From Candidatus Latescibacterota bacterium (GTDB lineage Bacteria; Latescibacterota; UBA2968; UBA8231): DNA of 64,000 bases. The position numbers and the translations under genes were made by a program. The notes beneath the pieces are model-generated. The model did no database searches. It was given only the letters and a program-made list of their open reading frames with translations, and was not told the origin of the DNA. Shown here piece after piece: positions 1 through 9,119 of this stretch (the first letter of the stretch is position 1; each line of letters starts with the position of its first letter). Where the stretch lies: positions 3,200,001 through 3,264,000 of the forward strand of contig CBDCDC010000002.1 in assembly GCA_965215195.1 (NCBI GenBank), read 5' to 3'.

Positions 1-470
1 GCAATTGAATTTCGGTATAGTCAGGGTCGTTTCGTTCCTGTACTTCTCGCAGCGTTGCTACCAGTCTATCCCCAGAGCAGACGATCCCGCCGCGACTCAT
101 ATCCGGCATCCAGTCGGGGACGACGCAGCGGGTTGTTCACATAAGGGTCCGGGCTGGTTCCTAGAACTTGCCCTGTTTCACTGACCCACGGCACCACGTT
201 CGTCTGGCAAAAACTACGGGCGTCCCAACGACCGGCATCCTCCGCCGTCGCCGCTTCTCCCCGTTGGATGCTCAAAGCATCGCGGCTGTGGTCCGATAAC
301 TTGCCCAGCAATTGAGTTAGCAAGGCGTACCGTATGCTAACCAACTGCTGGTGATTAGCCCGTCAATGTCATCGTCTATCGACGGATTGGGCGCCGCCAG
401 AACCGCGAGCCACATCTCCCGCAACCGCTCCAACGGAGACTGCGGTTCCGCCGATTCGTTAGGACTACGA
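1..470 (-). pseudogene. SacI-family type II restriction endonuclease, frameshifted twice; runs off the window edge
   Basis: ORF 66-344 has YALLTQLLGK..WDARSFC..VVPW..LGTSPDPYVNNPLR, resembling RE_SacI. The upstream part (..LERLREMWLAV..GLITSS) and downstream part (WDRLVATLREVQERND..) lie in other frames. Directly downstream of the methylase. Confidence 0.65.
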
Positions 471-1340
471 CGTTGGAATTTTGCATAGCGGTTCGTAATT
501 CATCCACAGCGATTCCCGCCGTGGTTGCCGCACCGAGTGGCAAATTTTTTTTGGCGCATCCACCCGATGCCAGTCGGCATAGAGGGAATCGTACAAATCG
601 TTTCTGTAACCGGATATCGCCGCCCGACCTTTGATTTGACGCAGCAAATCGGCCAATTCAATATGATCGTCATCAGTCATTTCGCCGTAGTAGGCGTGCT
701 TATCACCGCGGGAATCATGGACGTACGGCGGGTCGAGATAAAACAGGGTTTGCGGCGTATCGTATCGCCGGATAACCTCCAGTGCCGGAGCGTTGTCAAT
801 CTGCACTCGCATCAAGCGGTCGATAATAGGCGGCAGCCCGTCTATCGCTCCCAGCCATCGAGATACGGCCCCGGCCATCCCGGAGCGCGAAGTCAGTATG
901 CAATGGGCCCAGCGGCCCTCGGATGATGTCTGCGCCAGTCCGGTACGCGTCTGGCGGGCCCTTACATAAAACCGCCGCGCCCTTTCTACATTGTCCAATC
1001 CGGGTTCTATAATGCAGGCCAGTACCAACTCCTCTCGGGAAAACGGAGTTAGGGCAATTTCTTTTAATAGCCGATCTCCATGCTCCGGATTTCGCAGCGT
1101 AGCGAAAAAGTTGACCAACTCAGAGTCTAGGTCGTTGTAGGTTTCAACCGGTGCCGGTTCCCGGTTGATAAGCACGGCGGCCGAACCGCCGAACGCGTCG
1201 CAGAAATGCACGGCATCGTTGGGCAGGTTAGGTAGCAGGAAATCCAGATGACTGAATTTACCACCGTACCAGCCGAAAGCGATTTTTTTGCGTTTACGCA
1301 TGACGCGCCGCGAAGTTCGGGCTGACGTTGGATTGTTCAT
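465..1340 (-). CDS. Dam-family (D12 class) N6-adenine DNA methyltransferase
   Basis: WYGGK, DAFGGS SAM-binding motif, NDLD, catalytic DPPY. Confidence 0.92.
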   Translation of the reverse strand: MNNPTSARTSRRVMRKRKKIAFGWYGGKFSHLDFLLPNLPNDAVHFCDAFGGSAAVLINREPAPVETYNDLDSELVNFFATLRNPEHGDRLLKEIALTPFSREELVLACIIEPGLDNVERARRFYVRARQTRTGLAQTSSEGRWAHCILTSRSGMAGAVSRWLGAIDGLPPIIDRLMRVQIDNAPALEVIRRYDTPQTLFYLDPPYVHDSRGDKHAYYGEMTDDDHIELADLLRQIKGRAAISGYRNDLYDSLYADWHRVDAPKKICHSVRQPRRESLWMNYEPLCKIPTS

Positions 1341-2171
1341 TTAGAGGCCGATCTGTTCGGCGGGTGCGTTGGGCATGCCCGGATGCGAGCCGCCGGCGTT
1401 CTTAGAGAGGTTGCCGCCGTCTAGGGGAAGCATCGCGCCGGTGATCCAAGCCGAGGCGTCTGAGGCGAGGAAAATCGCCGCGCCCTTGATGTCGTTGGAA
1501 TTGCCGAGGCGGCCCATGGGAAGGCCGCGCAAATAGGTTTCGCCCAGCGTCGGGTCTGCGGCAATGCGCTCCTCTAAGTCGGCGTTCATTAGCTGAGCGC
1601 AGACAATGGCGTTGACGCGCACGCCTTTGGCGGCCCACTCCGTGCTCAGCTCGCGGGTCATCTGCGCGGCAGCACCCATGCCCATGCTATACGCGAGGTG
1701 ACTGCGGCCAAGGGCGTTGATGCCGGCGATCGACACGAGGTTGATGATGCTGCCGCCGTGGCCCGAGTCCATCATGCGCCGGCCGGCCTCTTGACAACAC
1801 ACTAAGCGGCCAACCACGAGGTTTTGCAGGGTAAACTCGACCTCCTCGGGCGTCAGGTCGAGCGGGGTGTTGCGCCGCGCATTGCCGGCGACATTGCCCA
1901 CAATGTCGATGCGGCCGTATTCTGCGTCTATTAATTCAAACATGGTGCGGATCTGGTCGGGTTGCGACATGTCGCACAACGCCGGGAGGACGCGGCGGCC
2001 CAAGGCACCCAGTTCGCGGGCCGCCGTGGCCAAGCCATCGGCATTGATGTCGGCCAAGACGAGGTCGGCTCCGGCTTCGGCCAAGCCGGTGGCCATGGCT
2101 TTGCCGAGGCCGCTGGCCGCACCAGAGACCAAGGCGACGCGGTTAGACAGGTCGAAGAGCGGATGGGACAT
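1341..2171 (-). CDS. SDR family oxidoreductase
   Basis: SGAASGLG Rossmann motif, GVRVNAI, FLASDAS..ITG..LPLDGG; YxxxK reads YSMGM. Confidence 0.92.
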   Translation of the reverse strand: MSHPLFDLSNRVALVSGAASGLGKAMATGLAEAGADLVLADINADGLATAARELGALGRRVLPALCDMSQPDQIRTMFELIDAEYGRIDIVGNVAGNARRNTPLDLTPEEVEFTLQNLVVGRLVCCQEAGRRMMDSGHGGSIINLVSIAGINALGRSHLAYSMGMGAAAQMTRELSTEWAAKGVRVNAIVCAQLMNADLEERIAADPTLGETYLRGLPMGRLGNSNDIKGAAIFLASDASAWITGAMLPLDGGNLSKNAGGSHPGMPNAPAEQIGL

Positions 2172-2448
2172 GACAGCCTCCTGATTTTGTTTGACTTAGA
2201 ACATAGGGGCGCAGCTTGCGGCGGCCAAGCCTTGCGGCAGCTTGCGGCGGCTCGTTCGCACACTCTATATTTGCTGCCAAAGTTTGAACCCCCTGACGCA
2301 GCTAGCAAGGACGACGCGCTGTGGAACTCCTACTGGAAATCGCACCAGAGCCATACTTTTCAAGACTTCAAACGCCAAATCGGCGTGGTTGGTGGCGGCG
2401 CAAGCACCTCGACCACGAACAGGTTAGATAGCGAGGAGAAGAGATTAG

Positions 2449-2820
2449 ATGGTACACAAAATTCACAAGATCGCGGTCGTAACCGACGATGTCGAAGGAG
2501 CAGTGGCGTTTTACACGCAGAAACTAGGGCTGACTGTGGTGGAGCGCTTTGCCAATGAGGACGACGAGGACTATGTCTTCCTCGACGCCGGCGGTATCCT
2601 GCTGGAGCTCATGCCGCAAAAGAGCATGGGGCATGAGCCCGGTTTCCACCACATCTCCTTTGAGGTCGCCAGCGTGGAAGACAGCGCACAGGACTTGAAG
2701 GACAAGGGGGTCACCATCACCAAAGAACCTTTTGCCGTCGGTGGGGGGACCGGTATCACCTTGGGTTTTTTCGAGGGGCCGAACCAACTGAACCTTCAGC
2801 TCTTTCACCGCGAGAAATGA
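2449..2820 (+). CDS. VOC / glyoxalase family protein
   Basis: IAVVTDDVE.A..FY..LG, LELM, HHISFEV; GAGGAG RBS. Confidence 0.88.
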   Translation: MVHKIHKIAVVTDDVEGAVAFYTQKLGLTVVERFANEDDEDYVFLDAGGILLELMPQKSMGHEPGFHHISFEVASVEDSAQDLKDKGVTITKEPFAVGGGTGITLGFFEGPNQLNLQLFHREK

Positions 2821-2827
2821 GGCCGTC

Positions 2828-3646
2828 ATGCGCGTAGCGAGAGCCGACCGGGCGCACATGAAGGAGCTGAGCGCCGTCCACGGCGGCGCTGGGACGATCC
2901 TCTTCAACAGCCTGTGGGGCCGCGCCGATTTTGCGACGCCCTTCGCTTTTGTCCACTGTGCGATCCTCCTACCCGGCGGCGGAATTGGCTACCACCGCCA
3001 CGACGACAGCGAGGAGATTTTCATCGCCATTGACAACGCCTCCCAGTTCACCCACAACGGGCGCACGGCCGTAGTTGAGGGCGGGGCCGCAGTGCCGTTG
3101 CGCTCGGGCGAGACCCACGCCATCTACAACCACACCGACCGCGAGACGCGCTGGTTCAACGTCCACTGCGTGGTTCCCGGCGGCAATCCCAAATCGACCG
3201 ACTTGGGCGACGACCGGGTCGGCGCTGAGTTGGAATCTACCGACCGCCTGCCGGTGGGGCGGCTGGACCGCACTGCGCTAAAGTACGGCCAAGCGCACGG
3301 CGGCAAGGGCGCGGTCGGCAGTCGGCGCATCTGGGGGCCAGAGGATTTCCGCAGCAATTTTTACTGTTTGGCCCACTGCCTGTTGCCGCCGGACACCTCG
3401 CTCGGCTACCACCGCCACGAAGGCGTTGAGGAGGTCTATATCATCATCGAGGGCCGCGGGCGGATGACGGTGGACGAGGAGACGCAGGAAGTCGCGCAGT
3501 GGGACGCGATCCCCTGCCGACTGGGGGGCAGCCACGGCCTCTACAACCACACCCGAGAAAATCTCGAACTCTTGGTCGTTGCCGTCTGCGCCGAAAAGGG
3601 GCAGTTCGACTCAACGGACCGCGGCGACGATCTAAGCCAACGCTAA
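2828..3646 (+). CDS. Bicupin (two cupin domains) protein
   Basis: Two GYHRH...EE motifs each with a downstream H(A/G)(I/L)YNH. Confidence 0.88.
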   Translation: MRVARADRAHMKELSAVHGGAGTILFNSLWGRADFATPFAFVHCAILLPGGGIGYHRHDDSEEIFIAIDNASQFTHNGRTAVVEGGAAVPLRSGETHAIYNHTDRETRWFNVHCVVPGGNPKSTDLGDDRVGAELESTDRLPVGRLDRTALKYGQAHGGKGAVGSRRIWGPEDFRSNFYCLAHCLLPPDTSLGYHRHEGVEEVYIIIEGRGRMTVDEETQEVAQWDAIPCRLGGSHGLYNHTRENLELLVVAVCAEKGQFDSTDRGDDLSQR

Positions 3647-3663
3647 CAGAAAGGACCATCCTT

Positions 3664-4461
3664 ATGGCATCCGTGAATATCACCTTTATCGGCCACGCTT
3701 CTTTCCGCTTTGAGTCCGACAAAGGCTCAGTCGCGTATTTCGACGCTTGGCTCGACGACAATCCCACCGCCAAGATGAAGCTCAGCCAAGTCAAAGAAGC
3801 CGATATCGTTATCGCCAGCCACGGCCACAGCGACCACATCGGCGATTCCTACGAGATCTGCAAGCGCACCAAGGCCAAGTTCGTGGGCAACTACGAGCTG
3901 TGCTCGGTTGCCGAGACCGTGCATGGGCTCAAGATGGGCGCGCGGGCGTTGTCCATGAACCCCGGCGGCGCGGTCGAGGTCAAAGACGCCACGATCACCA
4001 TGGTACAGGGGCACCATTCCCAGTCGCTATCGCCGCACGTGATCGGTGCCGAGCTGCCGTCGGGGTTGCTCTTCCATCCCGACAGCGCGGTCAACGGCTT
4101 CGTCGTGGCTTACAACAACGGCATCTCCATATACGACACGGCCGATACCTGCCTGTTCAGCGATATGCAGCTCATTGGACAGATGTACGGACCGCAGATC
4201 GCGATTATGCCGGTGGGCGGGCAGTACACAATGGGGATCCGCGAGGCCGCGCGGGCGGCGAGCCTGATCCGCCCGGACATCGTCATTCCCTGCCACTACG
4301 GGCCGATTATGAAGCAGCCGGCCGACATCGGCGCGTTGAGCGAAGCGGTACAATTCCTCTCGCCGAATACGCAGGTGGTAGAGATGCAGCCCGGGCAGAC
4401 GCTGACCTATACGGCGAGTACCTATCAGGTCGGGCGGCGCACGCAGCCGGCCAGTGCCTAG
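3664..4461 (+). CDS. Metal-dependent hydrolase, MBL fold (UPF0173-like)
   Basis: HGHSDH motif, DT..FSDM.LIG, IPCHY; ATG 3664 after AAGGA. Confidence 0.9.
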   Translation: MASVNITFIGHASFRFESDKGSVAYFDAWLDDNPTAKMKLSQVKEADIVIASHGHSDHIGDSYEICKRTKAKFVGNYELCSVAETVHGLKMGARALSMNPGGAVEVKDATITMVQGHHSQSLSPHVIGAELPSGLLFHPDSAVNGFVVAYNNGISIYDTADTCLFSDMQLIGQMYGPQIAIMPVGGQYTMGIREAARAASLIRPDIVIPCHYGPIMKQPADIGALSEAVQFLSPNTQVVEMQPGQTLTYTASTYQVGRRTQPASA

Positions 4462-4598
4462 CGACTTTCAGGCCAACGAAAGATGCAGGCAGTCTGTGTG
4501 GCAGGGCAGTATCCGAGATGCGGATCGTCTTGTGATACTATTCTGCGTCCTCATGCGGATTATCTTTGAATGCAGTTGATCGACACCAAGAGGCCAAA

Positions 4599-5681
4599 AT
4601 GACATTTGCAAACATGCTGCGAGCCGTCCACTATCAGGACGTGGATCCCGGAACTCAGTGGATCAAGGACCTCCCCATCGCCATCAATTCCGACGGACCG
4701 CTCGATTCGGACCGAGCCCTCACTCCGAACGTGGTCAAAATGGAAGGCGGATACCGCATGTACTATCACGGCCTCGGGCCGGAGCGTCCAAACGCGGCTT
4801 CAAAGGGGTACATCCTGAGTGCCTTCTCCACCGATGCCGAGCACTGGGAGAAGGAGCCGGGGGTCAGAATGGATGCCGGCGGGGACGGCGCCGAGCACTA
4901 CATCTGGAGCCCGGACGTCATTCCGCTAGCGGATGGCCGCTACCGCATGTATTACGAGGGGAAGACCGAGCAGGAGGACGGCCAAGTCAAAGCCGCAATT
5001 GTGAGTTCTGTTTCCAGCGATGGGCTGGTCTGGGAACGAGAGCCGGGCCTGCGCCTAGCCGGAGAAAGCGTCTCCTATCTGTCACCTCGCTGTCTTCACC
5101 TCGATCCGGCCGCAGACAGGGGCGGCTCTCGTTTTCGCCTCTACGCCAGTGCTTATCCCTATCCAGATGTTTCGCTGCCAAGTGCTTGCAACAACAGAAA
5201 CATCGTCAGCGCAGTGTCAGAAGATGGTCTAGCGTTCAAGCTGGAGCCCGGCGTTCGCATATCCCAAGACCGACCTTTCGAAAGCTATGCCGTCTATGCC
5301 CCGGAGGTTTTGCGCCTAGGCGAGGGCGGCTTCCGCATGTACTACGCAGGCTGGAAAGCGGCTCCGGAGGTATTCTGTGGATCAAAGTATCACGGCAGGA
5401 TCTTCAGCGCATTTTCCAAGGACGGTCTGGAGTGGGTCAAGGATTGGGGAATCTGCCTTGACAATGGGGCACTATGGGACGCGACCAAGGCCTCAGAGCC
5501 GTGTGTGATCGACCTTGCCGATGGACGCTTCCGCATGTTCTACGAAGCCTGCGATATCTACGGCCGCTGGCGCATTGCCAGCGCAACTTCGGCTGCATCT
5601 ACTGCGACAGATTTTGCACACCCACCAACTCAACTCGGTGGCGTATTGCCAGCGCGACTTCGATTATCTACTGCGCCGTAG
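4599..5681 (+). CDS. Beta-propeller glycoside hydrolase-like protein (GH32/43/130 clan-like)
   Basis: Repeated RMYY...I.SA.S.DG..W blades; start uncertain (4566 or 4599). Confidence 0.7.
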   Translation: MTFANMLRAVHYQDVDPGTQWIKDLPIAINSDGPLDSDRALTPNVVKMEGGYRMYYHGLGPERPNAASKGYILSAFSTDAEHWEKEPGVRMDAGGDGAEHYIWSPDVIPLADGRYRMYYEGKTEQEDGQVKAAIVSSVSSDGLVWEREPGLRLAGESVSYLSPRCLHLDPAADRGGSRFRLYASAYPYPDVSLPSACNNRNIVSAVSEDGLAFKLEPGVRISQDRPFESYAVYAPEVLRLGEGGFRMYYAGWKAAPEVFCGSKYHGRIFSAFSKDGLEWVKDWGICLDNGALWDATKASEPCVIDLADGRFRMFYEACDIYGRWRIASATSAASTATDFAHPPTQLGGVLPARLRLSTAP

Positions 5682-5767
5682 CGAGCCAACTCTGCTTTGC
5701 GGTCGATGTAGGACGGCAATGGCGCACTTTACAGCAAGCGATCACCCGCAACCAAAGGATTACCGCC

Positions 5768-6892
5768 ATGTCGAGCACGGAAGCGCCCATCGGCCCCAAC
5801 GATGCGATTAAGGTCACCAAAATTGAGACGTTCGTTCTCAAGAACTCCTGGGTCTTCGTCAAAATTTCCACGGACGTGGGCATCACTGGTTGGGGCGAAA
5901 TGCTCAAGGACGACGCGAGGGCCTGTGCGGCCGGTGCGCTCGAAGTGGCCGACTACCTAGTGGGCAAGGATCCCCGCCCCGTCACCCACCACTGGCAGGC
6001 CATCCACCGCGGTGCTTTCTATCGCGGCGGCCCGATCAAAACCGCCATCTCTTCCGGCATTGATATGGCCCTTTGGGACATCACTGGCAAGTGCTATGGC
6101 GTACCCGTGTACAAGCTGCTCGGCGGCCCCACGCGCGAGCGAATTCGGGTTTACGGCGAAGTGAGCGAACAGACCGGCGTCAACGCCATGAAGGTGGGGC
6201 CGGGCACGTCGCGTTCCCCCTTCAAATACATTGAGGGGCAAAAATTCGTCGATGAGATCGTCGAGCGTTTCAAGGCGCTCCGCGAACAACACGGCTCTGG
6301 CGTGGATATCGCCGTTGACTTTCACGGCGCAGTGCAGCCCCCTACCGCTTTGCTGCTCATCAAAGCGCTCGAACCGTATCATCCTTGGTTCTACGAGGAA
6401 ATTGTGCAGGCCCTCAATGTCGACGTCATGGCCGAGCTCGCCGCAAAGACCCACATCCCCATTGCCACTGGCGAGCGCATCTTTACCAAATGGGGATTCA
6501 AGGAAATTCTCGAAAAACGCGCCGCCCACATCCTCCAGCCGGACGTTTGCTATGCCGGCGGCATCACCGAATTGAAGATCATCGCCGGCATGGCCGAGGC
6601 CTACTACTCGCCGCTGGCCCCGCACAACCCCCAAGGTCCCTGTTCGCTCGCCGCGAGTCTGCAAGTTGCTGCTGCCATCCCCAACTTTCTCATCCAAGAG
6701 CGCGGCGACAACGAATACGCGGACCTGCTCGCCAAACCCTTGCCACCGGTCGCCAACGGCCACCGCCCCCTGCCCCCAGATCCCGGTCTCGGCATCACCA
6801 TCGACGAAGACAAGCTCATGGACCAAGTCGGCGAACCGCAGCCCTATCGCGTTCGCCTCGACCCGGACGACGGGGCGGTCGTGGACTGGTAG
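5768..6892 (+). CDS. dgoD: Galactonate dehydratase-like enolase superfamily (mandelate racemase family) enzyme
   Basis: SGIDMALWDI.GK, VDFHG, EE, ATGER, QPD, APHNPQGP, IQE. Confidence 0.8.
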   Translation: MSSTEAPIGPNDAIKVTKIETFVLKNSWVFVKISTDVGITGWGEMLKDDARACAAGALEVADYLVGKDPRPVTHHWQAIHRGAFYRGGPIKTAISSGIDMALWDITGKCYGVPVYKLLGGPTRERIRVYGEVSEQTGVNAMKVGPGTSRSPFKYIEGQKFVDEIVERFKALREQHGSGVDIAVDFHGAVQPPTALLLIKALEPYHPWFYEEIVQALNVDVMAELAAKTHIPIATGERIFTKWGFKEILEKRAAHILQPDVCYAGGITELKIIAGMAEAYYSPLAPHNPQGPCSLAASLQVAAAIPNFLIQERGDNEYADLLAKPLPPVANGHRPLPPDPGLGITIDEDKLMDQVGEPQPYRVRLDPDDGAVVDW

Positions 6893-6923
6893 GCCGGGGC
6901 TAGGTTCTTTCAAGGAGACCATC

Positions 6924-8501
6924 GTGCGTTTTTTCAACACGAGCGGTCCGGTGGTGGCCGACGATCACTACTGCATCTCGCCTTTAGAGCGGCTGCACCT
7001 GTCCGAGGTGCGCCGGCTCCTCCGCGACAAACGCTACTTCGTGTTGCACGCGCCGCGTCAGACGGGCAAGACATCGGCACTGTTGGCGTTGCGCGACCTG
7101 CTCAACGCCGAAGGCGACTATCGGTGCGTGTACGTCAACGTGGAAGGTGGGCAGGCCGGGCGCGAGGACGTGGAACAAGTCATGCGCACCGTTTTGGGGG
7201 AACTGGCCTCTTGGGCCCGTTCGACGCTGGGCGACGAGTTTTTGGATGCCATTTGGCTCGACATTTTGGCTAAGTATGGTCCGCACGGCGCATTGCGCGA
7301 GGCCCTAACGCGCTGGTCGGAAGCGGACCCTACCCCCTTGGTGCTACTCATTGACGAGATCGACGCGCTAATGGGCGATTCGCTGCTGTCGGTGCTGCGG
7401 CAGTTGCGGGCGGGCTACGTTCGCCGTCCCGGAGAGTTTCCGCAGAGCGTGGTGTTGTGCGGGGTGCGCGATGTGCGCGATTACCGCATTCAATCAACGG
7501 CCGAGAATGCCATCATCGCTGGCGGGAGTGCGTTCAATATCAAAGCGAGGTCGTTGCGTCTGGGCGACTTTTCGCGGGATGAAGTGCGGGCGTTGCTGGG
7601 TCAGCACACCGAAGAAACCGAGCAAGAGTTCACCGCCGAGGCGGTGGAGACGGTCTGGACGCAGACGCAAGGGCAACCGTGGCTGGTCAACGCGCTGGCC
7701 GACGAAGCCTGTTTCCGCGGCGAATATGCCGAGGCGTGGCATCGTCCGGTCAAGGCCGCAGCCATCCGCGCCGCGCAAGAGCAACTCATCCTGCGGCGCG
7801 AGACCCATTTGGATCAGTTGGCCGATAAGCTGCAAGAAGAGCGCGTCCGGCGCGTCGTCGAGCCTTTGCTGAGCGGCAGCCAAGCGCATTCCATGCCCTC
7901 CGACGACCTGATGTATGTCCGCGATCTGGGCCTGATCAGCGCAGACGACCCGGCGCGTATTGCCAATCCCATATACCGAGAGGTCATTCCACGCGAGCTG
8001 ATCTACACCACCCAAGCGACGTTGGCCCAAGACGCGGCTTGGTATGTGGATGCCGACGGCGGCTTGGACGTGGGTAAGCTGTTGTCGGCGTTTCAGGCGT
8101 TCTTCCGCGAGCACTCGGAGCACTGGGTGGAGCGGTTCCAGTACAAGGAAGCGGGGCCGCAGCTTCTGCTACAAGCCTTTTTGCAACGGATCGTCAACAG
8201 CGGGGGTCGGATAGAGCGGGAGTATGGCTTGGGTCGGATGCGGACGGATTTGCTAATCGTATGGCCGCAGGGGGAGCAGATGCGCCGGTTCGTCGTCGAG
8301 TGCAAGGTGCTGCACCAGAGCTTGGAGCAGACGATCGTCGCCGGGTTGACGCAGACGGCGGAATACTTGGATCGCTGCGCGGCCGAGGCGGGTCATCTGG
8401 TGATTTTCGACCGGCGCGAAGGTCGGCGTTGGACCGACAAAGTGTTTCACTGTCGCCGGGTAGCTGACAGCGGGGTGGAGGTAGATGTTTGGGGGATGTG
8501 A
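6924..8501 (+). CDS. AAA-like ATPase with C-terminal PD-(D/E)XK nuclease-like domain
   Basis: GTG after AAGGAG; Walker A APRQTGKT, Walker B LLIDEID; C-terminal REY..RTDLLI..VVECK. Confidence 0.85.
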   Translation: MRFFNTSGPVVADDHYCISPLERLHLSEVRRLLRDKRYFVLHAPRQTGKTSALLALRDLLNAEGDYRCVYVNVEGGQAGREDVEQVMRTVLGELASWARSTLGDEFLDAIWLDILAKYGPHGALREALTRWSEADPTPLVLLIDEIDALMGDSLLSVLRQLRAGYVRRPGEFPQSVVLCGVRDVRDYRIQSTAENAIIAGGSAFNIKARSLRLGDFSRDEVRALLGQHTEETEQEFTAEAVETVWTQTQGQPWLVNALADEACFRGEYAEAWHRPVKAAAIRAAQEQLILRRETHLDQLADKLQEERVRRVVEPLLSGSQAHSMPSDDLMYVRDLGLISADDPARIANPIYREVIPRELIYTTQATLAQDAAWYVDADGGLDVGKLLSAFQAFFREHSEHWVERFQYKEAGPQLLLQAFLQRIVNSGGRIEREYGLGRMRTDLLIVWPQGEQMRRFVVECKVLHQSLEQTIVAGLTQTAEYLDRCAAEAGHLVIFDRREGRRWTDKVFHCRRVADSGVEVDVWGM

Positions 8502-8627
8502 GCGGGGGCAGGGCTTGATTATCTGGCGGGCGAGCCAGTCTGTGTAAGCCGTGAGCAGGCGATAAGGACGATTGATACGGGGAGGGAAGTCTTGGAGAGT
8601 ATTGCTTATGAGACTGCTGCTCAATGA
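8502..8627 (+). pseudogene. 3' remnant of a DUF433 (VapB45-like) antitoxin
   Basis: Manual translation LDYLAGEPVCVSREQAIRTIDTGREVLESIAYETAAQ*; no start codon; overlaps the DUF5615 start. Confidence 0.55.
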
Positions 8628-8715
8628 GTCAGTGCCAAGGCAACTAAGAAGCCTGTTCGTTGGGCATGACGTGGATAGTAAAGTGCCGGAATATGCCTCT
8701 TATGAATGCTATTGA
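8608..8715 (+). pseudogene. 5' remnant of a DUF5615 PIN-like (VapC45-like) toxin
   Basis: Manual translation MRLLLNESVPRQLRSLFVGHDVDS.. resembles MRILLDE..P..L...GHDV; stops after 35 aa. Confidence 0.6.
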
Positions 8716-9046
8716 AGCCCATATCGACAGCGCTACGATCCAAGCCATCGTGCAACTGATTGTCAAACGCTTTGATCCAGAACAAATCATTCTCTTTGGC
8801 AGCCATGCTCGCGGAGAGGTTGGAGCGCACAGCGATGTGGATCTGCTAGTTGTGCTTCGTACAGACGCAGGACAGCTACAGCATGGCAATCCGATTCGTC
8901 GGGCGATTGCCGAGCGTTTCGTCCTGCCCATTGATGTGGTTATCCGCTCTCCAGAAGTCCTCGCCGAGCAGCGCAATGATCCGTATTCCTTGATCCACAA
9001 GGTGCTAAAAGAGGGGAAAGTGCTGTATGAGCGACGTGTCGCCTGA
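8693..9046 (+). CDS. Minimal nucleotidyltransferase (MNT) antitoxin
   Basis: ILFGSHARG....SDVDLLVV, EGKVLYE. Confidence 0.9.
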   Translation: MPLMNAIEAHIDSATIQAIVQLIVKRFDPEQIILFGSHARGEVGAHSDVDLLVVLRTDAGQLQHGNPIRRAIAERFVLPIDVVIRSPEVLAEQRNDPYSLIHKVLKEGKVLYERRVA

Positions 9047-9119
9047 ACGAGACTGGTTCGAGAAGGCCGATTTATCTAGAAATGGCGACCGCCTTTCCAC
9101 CTATAGAACTCCGCGATGA
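9027..9119 (+). pseudogene. 5' remnant of a HEPN toxin
   Basis: MSDVSPERDWFEKAD.. then LEMA in a shifted frame, resembling HEPN N-terminus W..KA..DL..A; overlaps the MNT stop. Confidence 0.55.

Noticed and set aside
2211-2251. 15-bp direct repeat GCAGCTTGCGGCGGC in the divergent intergenic region
   Set aside because: Short and GC-rich; could be an operator but no supporting evidence.
5474-6923. Long N-terminal extensions given by the ORF track for the dehydratase and the AAA ATPase (likewise ribE, tgt, fmt, surA, moaC)
   Set aside because: They overlap upstream genes; RBS positions and family N-termini support later starts.
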